The notes under the pieces were generated by a model that saw only the letters and a program-made list of their open reading frames with translations, was not told where the DNA came from and did no database searches. Position numbers and translations under genes: made by a program. Positions 27,369-36,358 of a stretch of DNA of 39,708 nt are shown in pieces. Each line of letters starts with the position of its first letter. Position 1 is the stretch's first letter. Source of the stretch: a virus (taxonomy: Duplodnaviria > Caudoviricetes). The stretch covers positions 1 through 39,708 of the IMG/VR virus record IMGVR_UViG_3300005077_000072; one strand, given 5' to 3'.

Positions 27369-27572
27369 TCAGTAGAGCTGTGAGTTTTCTATTTTTGCCC
27401 TGAATGCTCTCACCCAACCCGTTTTATTCACGGAGACCCAAAGCTTCCCATACCCATTGCACAGATGGCAATTCTTATCGTCGTGAAATAAACCACCAAA
27501 CCCACTACATCTAGGGCATGTCTTTTTAGTGGCTTTTTCTACCAGTAAGGTAGATTTATTGTAAACTTTCAT
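27369..27572 (-). CDS. small DnaJ-type zinc-finger protein
   Basis: CPRCSGFG…CHLCNGYG; GAGGT RBS. Confidence 0.7.
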   Translation of the reverse strand: MKVYNKSTLLVEKATKKTCPRCSGFGGLFHDDKNCHLCNGYGKLWVSVNKTGWVRAFRAKIENSQLY

Positions 27573-27580
27573 CTTGTACC

Positions 27581-27835
27581 TCAAAATTTCAGAATATTTG
27601 ATATTACTCTTCGGTCTGTACGATTCAATGGGCGGAACCAATTAGCATACTCATGCAATGCTGCTGTCAGAAGTATTTTTGCAAGGAACATAGGTTCTTT
27701 CTGGTATTCATCTACGGCAACACTCCCATCTGAAAAATGCCTTTTGACACTCCGCATAACTTCTTCGTTATGGTATTGAAGTAATTCTTGTGTCAGAAGT
27801 GTAACCTGTTTTAGCTGTTTCTCTCGATTATCCAT
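27581..27835 (-). CDS. hypothetical protein
   Basis: 84 aa; AAGGGG RBS. Confidence 0.7.
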   Translation of the reverse strand: MDNREKQLKQVTLLTQELLQYHNEEVMRSVKRHFSDGSVAVDEYQKEPMFLAKILLTAALHEYANWFRPLNRTDRRVISNILKF

Positions 27836-27952
27836 TTTACTTTTCCCCTTTTGCAGCGAGCCCTAAAATAAATTGTTATGCTCCCGCACAGTCATCGCTA
27901 TTGGATGCACCGCCACACATTGCAAGTAATCTGAGTGTTTCAGAATACCGCC

Positions 27953-28792
27953 TTATGTAGCGGTTACCCACTTCGCTGATGTATTCGCAAAACGCCGCTC
28001 CATGACGCGCACAGCCTCCTCGTTACTATCCACAAGAATACAGTCACGGCCCAGGGCCAGGGCAGCCTCGCCGAAACTGCCGCTCCCAGCGAAAAAATCC
28101 AGCAGCAGATCACCAGGGCGAGAGTGGACCTTGACGATCCGGTCCAGCACACCACGGGGTTTCTGGGTGGGGTAGCCGGTCTTCTCCCGGCCATTTGGGC
28201 TGACAATCGTATGCCACCAGGTATCCGTCGGCGTTTTCCCTTTGGCCGCCTTCTCCGGCCCCACCAGGCCAGGCGCCATATAGGGGATGCGGTCGCACTC
28301 CTCCAGGTGAAACTGGTAGTTCCGCGGATCGCGGGCATACCAGAGGATGTTGTCATGCTTGGCTGGCCATTTTGTCTTTGACCGCGCACCGTAATCGTAG
28401 GCCCAGATGATCTCGTTAATGAAGGATTCCCGCCCAAAAATCATGTCCAGTAGCACCTTGACATAATGCACCTCACGGTAGTCGATGTGGAAAAAAAGGC
28501 TGCCGTTATGCCGTAGCACTCTGTGCGCTTCTTGCAGCCTCGGCTCCAGAAAAGCCAGGTAATCATCAAAAATATCACGATATTCCTTTGTACCAATCCT
28601 AACTGTTTTATACCGTTTCCCCTGAAACCCCGTTCGATCACCATTGGCATCACGAATTGTAGCTAATTGCGTCCGGCTTTGCACCTTCCCCGTGTTGAAC
28701 GGCGGATCAATGTAAATCAAATCCACGGATTCAGCAGGCAGGCTCTGCAAGACAGGCAAATTGTCGCCAAAGTAAATCGTCAGTTGCGTCAT
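27953..28792 (-). CDS. orphan beta-class N6-adenine/N4-cytosine DNA methyltransferase
   Basis: IDPPF (motif IV) precedes YPTQKP and DFFAGSG (motif I); no REase adjacent. Confidence 0.93.
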   Translation of the reverse strand: MTQLTIYFGDNLPVLQSLPAESVDLIYIDPPFNTGKVQSRTQLATIRDANGDRTGFQGKRYKTVRIGTKEYRDIFDDYLAFLEPRLQEAHRVLRHNGSLFFHIDYREVHYVKVLLDMIFGRESFINEIIWAYDYGARSKTKWPAKHDNILWYARDPRNYQFHLEECDRIPYMAPGLVGPEKAAKGKTPTDTWWHTIVSPNGREKTGYPTQKPRGVLDRIVKVHSRPGDLLLDFFAGSGSFGEAALALGRDCILVDSNEEAVRVMERRFANTSAKWVTAT

Positions 28793-28805
28793 CGTTATCT
28801 CCTAT

Positions 28806-29462
28806 TTAGTACACAAAACCCAGCTCTTCCACATCATGCCTGAACTCCTCCATCAGCGCCGGCAATCGCGCTGTCAGTTTCTCCACTGTAAAATCCTCCA
28901 ACTGCGCTTCCGGCCATATTGCACAGCTCCGCGCCGCCTCCAAATCAGGAGTATGGCAACTATATGTCGGACACCCTACTACACGCAACGTGCGCTGCTG
29001 CCCTTCCAGCACCAGGGGTTCCATATAGCGGTTCTTTGCGTCCATAGTGCGCTTGAGAGGTAATGGTGGACATTCCACCCCGTATTCCCCCAACACAGCG
29101 GGCAACTGAGCGGCGTCAAACAATCCAAGCAACACTTCTTTATGTGTGTGTCCGGCCAGGTACACAAAATACTGCTCATCATAGACATCCGATGCGTGAT
29201 ACATAGAGTTTGCTATGTAATGCAGAGGGCCGTCAGATGAACATGAATGCCATTTCAAATATTTTTGCAGATGTGGCATTTGTTCCGCGATAACCTCGTG
29301 AATCATCCCACAAGCCTCAATTCTTCCAACAGAATCGTGCAAAGTACCTGTGATTGCAAACGTATTGTGCTGATTGTTACACCTGTCATCATAGCGGATC
29401 GTTACTGCCAACCGACCACCACGATATACGCGCTGCTGTTTTTTTACTAATACACTTTCCAT
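28806..29462 (-). CDS. phage hypothetical protein
   Basis: 218 aa; AAAGGAG RBS. Confidence 0.75.
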   Translation of the reverse strand: MESVLVKKQQRVYRGGRLAVTIRYDDRCNNQHNTFAITGTLHDSVGRIEACGMIHEVIAEQMPHLQKYLKWHSCSSDGPLHYIANSMYHASDVYDEQYFVYLAGHTHKEVLLGLFDAAQLPAVLGEYGVECPPLPLKRTMDAKNRYMEPLVLEGQQRTLRVVGCPTYSCHTPDLEAARSCAIWPEAQLEDFTVEKLTARLPALMEEFRHDVEELGFVY

Positions 29463-29487
29463 TGTCGTTCTCCTTTTCAGTTACATT

Positions 29488-29718
29488 TTAGAATGGAGAA
29501 TCGCCATCCCCATCCCCGACACGGATGCAAGAGCCTGTCCGTGCAGACTTGTATTCGTCAATGTCGTGCAGGCCAGCTATGATATCCTGCGTAATCTCCG
29601 GTGGCAAACTCAGCCACAGGCCCGTCGTATAAATATTTATCTCCCCCGTATAGTGAGCCGCTACGACATACGCTATCAACCTCTCATACCTATCTTGCCA
29701 GTTTATCTTTTCCATCAC
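29488..29718 (-). CDS. hypothetical protein
   Basis: 76 aa; overlap coupling. Confidence 0.6.
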   Translation of the reverse strand: MMEKINWQDRYERLIAYVVAAHYTGEINIYTTGLWLSLPPEITQDIIAGLHDIDEYKSARTGSCIRVGDGDGDSPF

Positions 29719-30083
29719 ACACCTTTGAAAGTGAATTTATCTGTGTAACCAGTATGGATTGTAATAACCTCCATCGTCTCCTGCGATGCCGCTGATTTAA
29801 GTCCAGTAGCTACCACTTTTGCGTGACGAAGCGTAAAATCCAACCCCTCTCTTGCATACAAAGCATTAATATCATACTCATACTTAGCACACCGCTGATA
29901 ATTCAATGTGCTGCCATTTTGTGTAATATATGTTACGCCACAAACCGGCTCAAACTTCATAATAATACTCTTGATTTTTTTCAGCTCGCCATCCATTCGC
30001 TTTACATCTTCCGTAAGCCGCGCTGCGTCGTCAATCAAACTCGCAAACTCCGCCGATTCCACAATAACATTACTCATTTTCAA
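29715..30083 (-). CDS. hypothetical protein
   Basis: 122 aa; AGGAG RBS. Confidence 0.7.
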   Translation of the reverse strand: MKMSNVIVESAEFASLIDDAARLTEDVKRMDGELKKIKSIIMKFEPVCGVTYITQNGSTLNYQRCAKYEYDINALYAREGLDFTLRHAKVVATGLKSAASQETMEVITIHTGYTDKFTFKGV

Positions 30084-30163
30084 TCTCCTAATTAATGACT
30101 AGATAAATAACCACAGAAATCAAACCAATTACAAATAATGGGTGAATCATTTTGCCTCCTAAT

Positions 30164-30583
30164 TCAGAAATTGACAACATATAAATTTTTGTCCCTTCTC
30201 ACAAGCCCCCTATTCCGGCAACGCATTATAACATACTTGTACCAATCCCCTAAACCAAATGAATGAAAATGTTTTTTTATCGGTGCTGGTGGGGCTAAAC
30301 CCCTGACAATGTGAATCCACTCCATCGCTGTTATCTCTGAGCCTAACTTACCGAGTGTGGTATCATTATACCTCATATTAGCAGTATCTTCTGATAATAC
30401 CAAACACACCTCATCATCAGTGCTACGAGTATCACACGCCTTTACCGTTTGCGGATTAGATGCAAATGTATTGCAGTGCAGCCAGAATATATTAAACGTA
30501 CCGGGGTCAGATATATCCGCCGCATAGTTATAATATAACTGCACTTTAGGGCTCCAAATCACCATCATAGCCTCCTTACTCAT
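30164..30583 (-). CDS. hypothetical protein
   Basis: 139 aa ORF in operon. Confidence 0.6.
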   Translation of the reverse strand: MSKEAMMVIWSPKVQLYYNYAADISDPGTFNIFWLHCNTFASNPQTVKACDTRSTDDEVCLVLSEDTANMRYNDTTLGKLGSEITAMEWIHIVRGLAPPAPIKKHFHSFGLGDWYKYVIMRCRNRGLVRRDKNLYVVNF

Positions 30584-30812
30584 ACTGCTCGATCACATCC
30601 TGGCTGACATCTTGGCGGCTGCACCCCCAGCGAGCAATCGCTAAGTTTATGTGCCGCCCCGTCGCTTTACTCCATTTTGTAGTTGTACACAATCCACCCA
30701 CACCAGGCACAAATACAGCAACAGGTGTGTCATACGAATACAGCACAATAGCGCCCCCCGCTTTAGTAATCTCTACCTGATTTGCGCCCACCGTTTTCAC
30801 TTCCATTTTCAA
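30576..30812 (-). CDS. small phage protein (YSYDTPVA family)
   Basis: VLYSYDTPVA…WSKATGRHIN; AAGGAG RBS. Confidence 0.75.
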   Translation of the reverse strand: MKMEVKTVGANQVEITKAGGAIVLYSYDTPVAVFVPGVGGLCTTTKWSKATGRHINLAIARWGCSRQDVSQDVIEQYE

Positions 30813-30825
30813 TCTCCTTTACTAG

Positions 30826-31059
30826 TTATTTACACTTTGCAACAGCATGTTGTGCTACCCATTTCAATACCTGGCCCTCCCCCCATGTCGTTAGGTATGG
30901 CAAATCGTATTCGCCGATTTTGACTGTGCGTTTTTCAATAACCCGATCCGTGAATACGGCTATGTTACCACTATCCGTCGCTGCTACCTTGACCCCCTGT
31001 TTTGTGAGTGTGTCCATAATCACGCCTTTAATCGCCCTTCTCTCTATCGCTGTCATCAA
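30826..31059 (-). CDS. hypothetical protein
   Basis: 77 aa; GGAGGT RBS. Confidence 0.65.
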   Translation of the reverse strand: MMTAIERRAIKGVIMDTLTKQGVKVAATDSGNIAVFTDRVIEKRTVKIGEYDLPYLTTWGEGQVLKWVAQHAVAKCK

Positions 31060-31489
31060 TCACCTCCGATTGTGCGTTCGCCACCGCCCTTAACTTCCTC
31101 GCCGCTCGTTTACACGCCAAACGATCACATGATAGCGCCTCCGCCATACAAAGATATGGGGATGACCGCATTACCGTTTCGCCACAATCACATTTACAGG
31201 CCCACCACTGCTCATGATGCGGACCTATATGTGCTTTAGCCGTCACCGTCAACAACCCCACGCGCACCCCGACAAGATTCCTGGGTCGTCGCTCCGCGCA
31301 CCCAGCACAACCACCGCCCTTTGACCGCCCGCGTTTCTTTAATATCCAGGATGCAAGCACCGATTCGCGCCCACACTCACATCGCACCTTCCACCATGCG
31401 CCTTTCGTTTTACCTGGCGGGCGATCCGCCATTTCCAATACCGTAGATTTTCCAAACACTTGCCCCACAAGATTTTCTGGTAATTTCAT
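31028..31489 (-). CDS. protein with two W.C.C.CG Zn-ribbon repeats (homing-endonuclease N-terminal type)
   Basis: NLVGQVFG…WWKVRCECG and NLVGVRVG…WWACKCDCG; no HNH core. Confidence 0.75.
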   Translation of the reverse strand: MKLPENLVGQVFGKSTVLEMADRPPGKTKGAWWKVRCECGRESVLASWILKKRGRSKGGGCAGCAERRPRNLVGVRVGLLTVTAKAHIGPHHEQWWACKCDCGETVMRSSPYLCMAEALSCDRLACKRAARKLRAVANAQSEVIDDSDREKGD

Positions 31490-31517
31490 GTTGTCAGCTC
31501 CTTCGATTGTGAAACAC

Positions 31518-31733
31518 TCACCGCACCGTCCCGCACTGGCAATCCTTGCTCCCGCATAGGGTGTTTTCTACTCGACGTAACCGGCGCTCTGCCGCCTCCG
31601 TCGGGCAATGAACGGCGTGAACCAGGGCTTGCACCCAGAACCACGCCTCGTCTTCCTCGCAGTAATCTGGAACAATTACTGTAACTTCCGACCCGTGAAA
31701 CCTGTTCCGTAGCATAATCTTTTTCATTCCCAC
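31518..31733 (-). CDS. hypothetical protein
   Basis: LRNRFHGSEV…LCGSKDCQCG; AGGAGG RBS. Confidence 0.7.
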   Translation of the reverse strand: MGMKKIMLRNRFHGSEVTVIVPDYCEEDEAWFWVQALVHAVHCPTEAAERRLRRVENTLCGSKDCQCGTVR

Positions 31734-31757
31734 CTCCTAGCTGTTACCAATTGTGGT

Positions 31758-32333
31758 TTACTTTTTACCTAACAGCTTTTTTATCTGTTGAGACGCCGCG
31801 AGAGCAATGTCGCTGACCGGGATGTCAGAACATGGCTGGCCCAAATTTTTCGGGATACTGGCTTCAATTTCTGGGAATATTTCTACCAATTGATTGACTG
31901 TAGCCACTGAATCTATGATCCGTTTGGTAACCCTTCTGATCTGATCCCTCTTTGGGAAATATTCTCGGTAAATTTTATACCATGGTGCAGCAAGATCGTT
32001 CAGTGTCGCCAAGTCCAACCCCAAATCTAGGTAAGACAAAGACACTCTAGTCATTCTACGTGTTTGTTTGTTGCTAAAATAAATAGTCTGAGATGGGATT
32101 CGCGCAGAAGTTGGCAAGCGAACTAAAGAAATATACTGAGATGTGTTAATCAAGTGGAGTGGTAGTTTATCCATAAATGCTCTGATTTCTGCTGGGTAGG
32201 CTATTTCGTAAATCTTCTCAGCGAAAGCCCCTTGCGCTTCACTTTCTTCGGCTGCCAAAGGCCCAAGAACATCTGCCAGGTATTGACTCAGGATTCGGCT
32301 TCTCTTCTCGTGGTTAAGTCTGATAATCGCCAT
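31758..32333 (-). CDS. possible Nmad5-family (nucleotide-modification-associated) protein
   Basis: N-terminal IRLN…R..I and C-terminal IIDSVATVNQLVEIFPE…IP; AAGGAG RBS. Confidence 0.55.
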   Translation of the reverse strand: MAIIRLNHEKRSRILSQYLADVLGPLAAEESEAQGAFAEKIYEIAYPAEIRAFMDKLPLHLINTSQYISLVRLPTSARIPSQTIYFSNKQTRRMTRVSLSYLDLGLDLATLNDLAAPWYKIYREYFPKRDQIRRVTKRIIDSVATVNQLVEIFPEIEASIPKNLGQPCSDIPVSDIALAASQQIKKLLGKK

Positions 32334-32385
32334 TTGTTTTCTCCTTATTCTACCCATAAGATGCTGACATAACAGTAATTTTGTG

Positions 32386-32711
32386 TTATTTAATGCTTTG
32401 CCTCCTAGGTACATCATCACGAAAATCACAGAACCAATCGACAGCATCGGGGAAAGCCACACATATTGCCGCACACATATCCGCTGCCACCCCTTGCCAG
32501 TTCTGGCGGGTGAGGTGGTACAGCATTTGCGCCATCAGGCGCTTATCCGCTATAATGTTTGTGCCTTTGCAGCTGAGGGGTATGCCAGAAGAAAAATCGA
32601 GGTTGGCTTCGCGCAAATCCGCACCGCGCAAATTCGCCAGTGCCCCTGACTATTTTCTGTTTCCAGCCACAGCAAATGATCCGCCAGAACATCGTACAAG
32701 AGCCTTTTCAT
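32386..32711 (-). pseudogene. pentapeptide-repeat protein, frameshifted in a G4 run
   Basis: MKRLLYDVLADHLLWLETENSQG then -1 frame ALANLRGADLREANLDFSSGIPLSCKG. Confidence 0.65.
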
Positions 32712-32723
32712 TTTGTACCCCAT

Positions 32724-33002
32724 TCATGTTAGCGATTGCTGCTCCACCGTATGAAAATCGTCATAATCGTCATCGTCCTGATGAATCCAATCATAAACAG
32801 CATTGTGGACATCCAGCATAAAATCATCCTTTAGAATATCCTGAATGTCAACAACACTACCAGGCATACTCACTGCCACAATCTCAATCTCTTCAGGATA
32901 TCCCTGATCCCACCGTGTATCCGGCATCTCCGGCGTATACACATATTTCACAACCACATCAAACCCCTGCACGTCTACTGTTATTTCTATTGTTGTCCCC
33001 AT
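32724..33002 (-). CDS. acidic hypothetical protein
   Basis: VVVKYVYTPE…GYPEEIEIVAV. Confidence 0.65.
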   Translation of the reverse strand: MGTTIEITVDVQGFDVVVKYVYTPEMPDTRWDQGYPEEIEIVAVSMPGSVVDIQDILKDDFMLDVHNAVYDWIHQDDDDYDDFHTVEQQSLT

Positions 33003-33007
33003 TGTTA

Positions 33008-33199
33008 CTAAAGGCAAAACCGTTCCAAATGATGCTCCGGGTACATCACTACGCACCGCAACGGCCCATGTTGAGATTTTGTAATCTCAAACCACTTCAC
33101 GCCATTGCTGGCAGTGTATGTGTACTTCACGCTGACACAATCACCAGCGCGAAACTCCGCGCAACTAATTTTCGCAAACGCTGTCTTGTAATTCTTCAT
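33008..33199 (-). CDS. 63-aa protein, paralog of 35398-35589
   Basis: TAFAKISCAEFRAGDCV shared. Confidence 0.8.
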   Translation of the reverse strand: MKNYKTAFAKISCAEFRAGDCVSVKYTYTASNGVKWFEITKSQHGPLRCVVMYPEHHLERFCL

Positions 33200-33236
33200 G
33201 ATTACACTCCTTTTCCTGGAAATCCAGGAATCTCGG

Positions 33237-33728
33237 CTATAGTGTCGCCACAAAATTCCGCAATGCCCTCACATACTGGTCATCTTCCGGCAGCAGCATC
33301 GGCGCTACCACACAAACATCCTCGTTGTATATGAAATTATTAGCAAAGAACAACTTATCAGGCATGTACAGTGAGGCGGTTATGGCTTCCCAGTATCCAA
33401 CATCTATCCCAACCAGCTTATCCTCCATACGGAGCAATCTGACATTATACCGCCCATCGCTCCACATCAAATTTATATCTATAAGCTCAGTCTTATCCGT
33501 AGATTCCGCAATACGTCGGTAAATCCCTTGTAAATCCGGCATCATTGTACCATCATGTATCGTTTTATTTTTGTATACAAATGGTGTTTTTGAGTAAAAT
33601 GCCGGATGTATTTGTTTAGGGATTGTTAGCTGACAGGCGTCTACACGTATGATTGTGTGCCCATTTGATATGTAGGTGCCGTCAAAGTAAATGTCATCCG
33701 CATTGGTTAGTTTCATTTTCATCGTCAA
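33237..33728 (-). CDS. hypothetical protein, paralog of 35622-36113
   Basis: KLT..D.IYFD…SNG…PDLQ.IY…APM shared. Confidence 0.8.
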   Translation of the reverse strand: MTMKMKLTNADDIYFDGTYISNGHTIIRVDACQLTIPKQIHPAFYSKTPFVYKNKTIHDGTMMPDLQGIYRRIAESTDKTELIDINLMWSDGRYNVRLLRMEDKLVGIDVGYWEAITASLYMPDKLFFANNFIYNEDVCVVAPMLLPEDDQYVRALRNFVATL

Positions 33729-33760
33729 CTCCTTAGTTTACTAACAACCAGGTCTCTTAC

Positions 33761-33787
33761 GGGCAGCGCGGGGACCCCGCGCTGCCC
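33761..33787. repeat. perfect GC-rich palindrome (13-1-13)
   Basis: GGGCAGCGCGGGG-A-CCCCGCGCTGCCC; intergenic. Confidence 0.85.
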
Positions 33788-33796
33788 CACATTTTG

Positions 33797-34855
33797 CTAT
33801 CCAGCATATTCACGAGAAAAGGTGAATACGCCATACGGCACAGAGACATGCAGAAACACTCGCTCAACCCGTGCCAGCCTATCCTCATCCACTGTCGTAT
33901 CCGCCAGATACCCAACGCGCCCTTTAGGCGCTACGGTAGCGCCGGGGGTGAGCTTTTCAATACCCTCCATAATCTGAAAAGTCCCCTCAGTCACACTATC
34001 CATCGGGCCGGTAATGTATTTTACTTCCCCCTCATAATACTCATCAATAAAACCTTTTTCCGTGTACGACTCGATCACCTCCTCATCAGTGATATCTTCA
34101 TACCGCTGATAACCATCCAACGGAGCGAACACCTTCTCAGCCATATGCTGTTTTACCTCCTCAACATCCAGCAGCCCCCTTGCATGTCGGCGCTGGGCCG
34201 TCTCCGACATCGTGGCAACCTCGGCATCAATCTGCTCTCGCTCTGCCACCCTCTTAGCCATCTCCGCAGCTTTCTTAGCCTCCTCAGCAACCTTTTTCGC
34301 CGCCAGTTTTTCCTCATGCTCCGTCCGTTTCTGCGGCAGCAGCGCCCTCATGCGGATAATTTTCGATGCGGCCCCCTGGTGCGCCAAAACCGCATCCCTA
34401 ATGTCATTACTAACCGTTCCCAGGCCGTCATAAAAAACCACTTTCTCGTTATCCTGGATACTAAAAAAGTCATCCTCATCGCGGTCAAGAATGCGCCTGG
34501 CTAGCATCTCGACAATACCCGCCTGTGCGGCTGCCTTCTCCGCCGCCATTTCCGCCACAAACGCATCCCGCGCCGCTGGCCATGCGGCGATAATAGTGCG
34601 AATGCTCTCCAGTGAGCTATCCGCGATGCGGGGAACAGCGATGCCGTACCTGCCGCCCTCACTCGTTATCCACAGAGACGGAGAAATTTCGCCGTTGCTG
34701 TTACAACACATTTGCGAGAGGGCCACACGCTCTCCTTCAGACAATTGTGCAACCTCATCACTAGACAGCTCCCGCGCCACCTGGCCGTACTGCGTGCGCC
34801 CCGCCCTGATAGCGAGTTCCCGATTGATTTCAATGGCGATGCGTACCTTTTCCAT
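33797..34855 (-). CDS. hypothetical protein with central coiled coil
   Basis: 352 aa; AAAGGAG RBS. Confidence 0.8.
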   Translation of the reverse strand: MEKVRIAIEINRELAIRAGRTQYGQVARELSSDEVAQLSEGERVALSQMCCNSNGEISPSLWITSEGGRYGIAVPRIADSSLESIRTIIAAWPAARDAFVAEMAAEKAAAQAGIVEMLARRILDRDEDDFFSIQDNEKVVFYDGLGTVSNDIRDAVLAHQGAASKIIRMRALLPQKRTEHEEKLAAKKVAEEAKKAAEMAKRVAEREQIDAEVATMSETAQRRHARGLLDVEEVKQHMAEKVFAPLDGYQRYEDITDEEVIESYTEKGFIDEYYEGEVKYITGPMDSVTEGTFQIMEGIEKLTPGATVAPKGRVGYLADTTVDEDRLARVERVFLHVSVPYGVFTFSREYAG

Positions 34856-34928
34856 GATGCTCTCCTTTGGGGTCTCGCCCCATTATCCCCAGGTCATGCC
34901 TGGGTATTTTCCTGACAAACGGATGTTG

Positions 34929-35189
34929 TCAGGATGCCTGCATAGTTAGAAACGCCGCAAACCCCGCTTCAGTCAACCCGCACCCGGCGTCATGGGCGCG
35001 GCCGCTACTCCACACCAGCCCGGCGTTAAGCAGGCTGGTAAACACACCTTTATCTTCAGGGGTTTCAATTATTGTATCCCGCCAAGTTTCCGTTTCTTTT
35101 GCCGTCCTTGGAGTATCCCCGTTTACTGGGGTGTATTCGCTTGTAGCAATTTTTCTTATCATCAGCATCTGCAAATCCGTCATCGTCAT
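34929..35189 (-). CDS. possible winged-helix protein
   Basis: GVFTSLLNAGLVW…LTEAG; GGAGG RBS. Confidence 0.65.
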   Translation of the reverse strand: MTMTDLQMLMIRKIATSEYTPVNGDTPRTAKETETWRDTIIETPEDKGVFTSLLNAGLVWSSGRAHDAGCGLTEAGFAAFLTMQAS

Positions 35190-35397
35190 ATCCTCCGTTT
35201 TGTTTTTATGCGCCGGGCCTTTTCGCAGCCTGCCCCCAGCTCCGCATTAAGCAGAAATGAAAAGACGTTACATAACAATCATTTCACCTTTTTATAGCGC
35301 TTTTTCATACCTGGGTGATTATCGACGAGCCAGGCAACATCTTCCTCATCCATAGCTTATTGTTGTGGCATGGCCGCCTTGGCGGCATCATCGTATT

Positions 35398-35589
35398 TCA
35401 ACATTTTAGCCTCTCCAAGTGATGCTCAGAATACATAATTGTACGGCGTAATGGGCCGTATTGTGATGCTGTTACTTCATACCACTTCACGCCATTGCTG
35501 GCAGTGTGAGAGTATTTCACAATAACACAGTCACCAGCGCGAAACTCCGCGCAACTAATTTTCGCAAACGCTGTTCGGTATTTTTTCAT
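35398..35589 (-). CDS. 63-aa protein, paralog of 33008-33199
   Basis: 44-bp DNA identity 35531-35574 vs 33141-33184. Confidence 0.8.
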   Translation of the reverse strand: MKKYRTAFAKISCAEFRAGDCVIVKYSHTASNGVKWYEVTASQYGPLRRTIMYSEHHLERLKC

Positions 35590-35621
35590 TGCCAGGCTCC
35601 TTTTCCTGGATTTACAGGATT

Positions 35622-36113
35622 TTATTTTGTGGATTCCGTATGTGCCACAGCAGCGATCAGCATATTAAGATACTCATTATCTGTACCCAGCCTCATCGGC
35701 GCGATTATGCCGATGTCTTCAATGTATAAGAAGTTATCGGCAAAATACGCATTATGCTTGTGGGGTTCCATAAATGCCCAGTATCTCGTCGCGATTCCTA
35801 TGATTCCGCCGTTTGTACAAAACAGTTTGGCGTCATCACCGAACATCAGGCCGGTGTCAGTTATAGGATACTTATCTGCACTCTTCGCCGTGTTGTTGTA
35901 AATAGCCTGCAGGTCGGGAGCAACATCGTCTAGTGGGCTGTGATTTTTATAACTGAATGGTTTCTTTGCATAAAATGCCGCCCGCATTTCCTCAGTCGGG
36001 AATGTCCATTGGTACGCTGATGCCCGTGCCATAAAGTATCCGTTTGACACAAAATTTGTGTCAAAGTAAATGTTGTCGTTCTTCGTCAGTTTGATTGTCG
36101 CTGTCTTGCTCAT
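35622..36113 (-). CDS. hypothetical protein, paralog of 33237-33728
   Basis: AAAAGGAG RBS before ATG 36113 (alternative TTG start at 36167). Confidence 0.8.
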   Translation of the reverse strand: MSKTATIKLTKNDNIYFDTNFVSNGYFMARASAYQWTFPTEEMRAAFYAKKPFSYKNHSPLDDVAPDLQAIYNNTAKSADKYPITDTGLMFGDDAKLFCTNGGIIGIATRYWAFMEPHKHNAYFADNFLYIEDIGIIAPMRLGTDNEYLNMLIAAVAHTESTK

Positions 36114-36358
36114 TGTCGTTCTCCTTTTCATTGGCTTTTTGTCAACATCTACTTTGTGGATTTTCAAAAACCTCCTATTGTTATTTTACCTGTGTACCCC
36201 ATTGCATGGGCAATGGCTTCCATGGCGTCATTCTTGGTCTCCTTCTTGTTGGTGTGAGTGGCAAAATCCTGGAAATCTGTATGTTTTAGGGTGCAGGGTG
36301 CGGGGCATCCGACATGTCCTTGTTATGTTTCATGCTTTGGCGCTCTGTTTGAATTGCC

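Noticed and set aside
33761-33787. Palindrome as a rho-independent terminator
   Set aside because: No U-tract on the transcribed minus strand and only a 1-nt centre; kept as a repeat.
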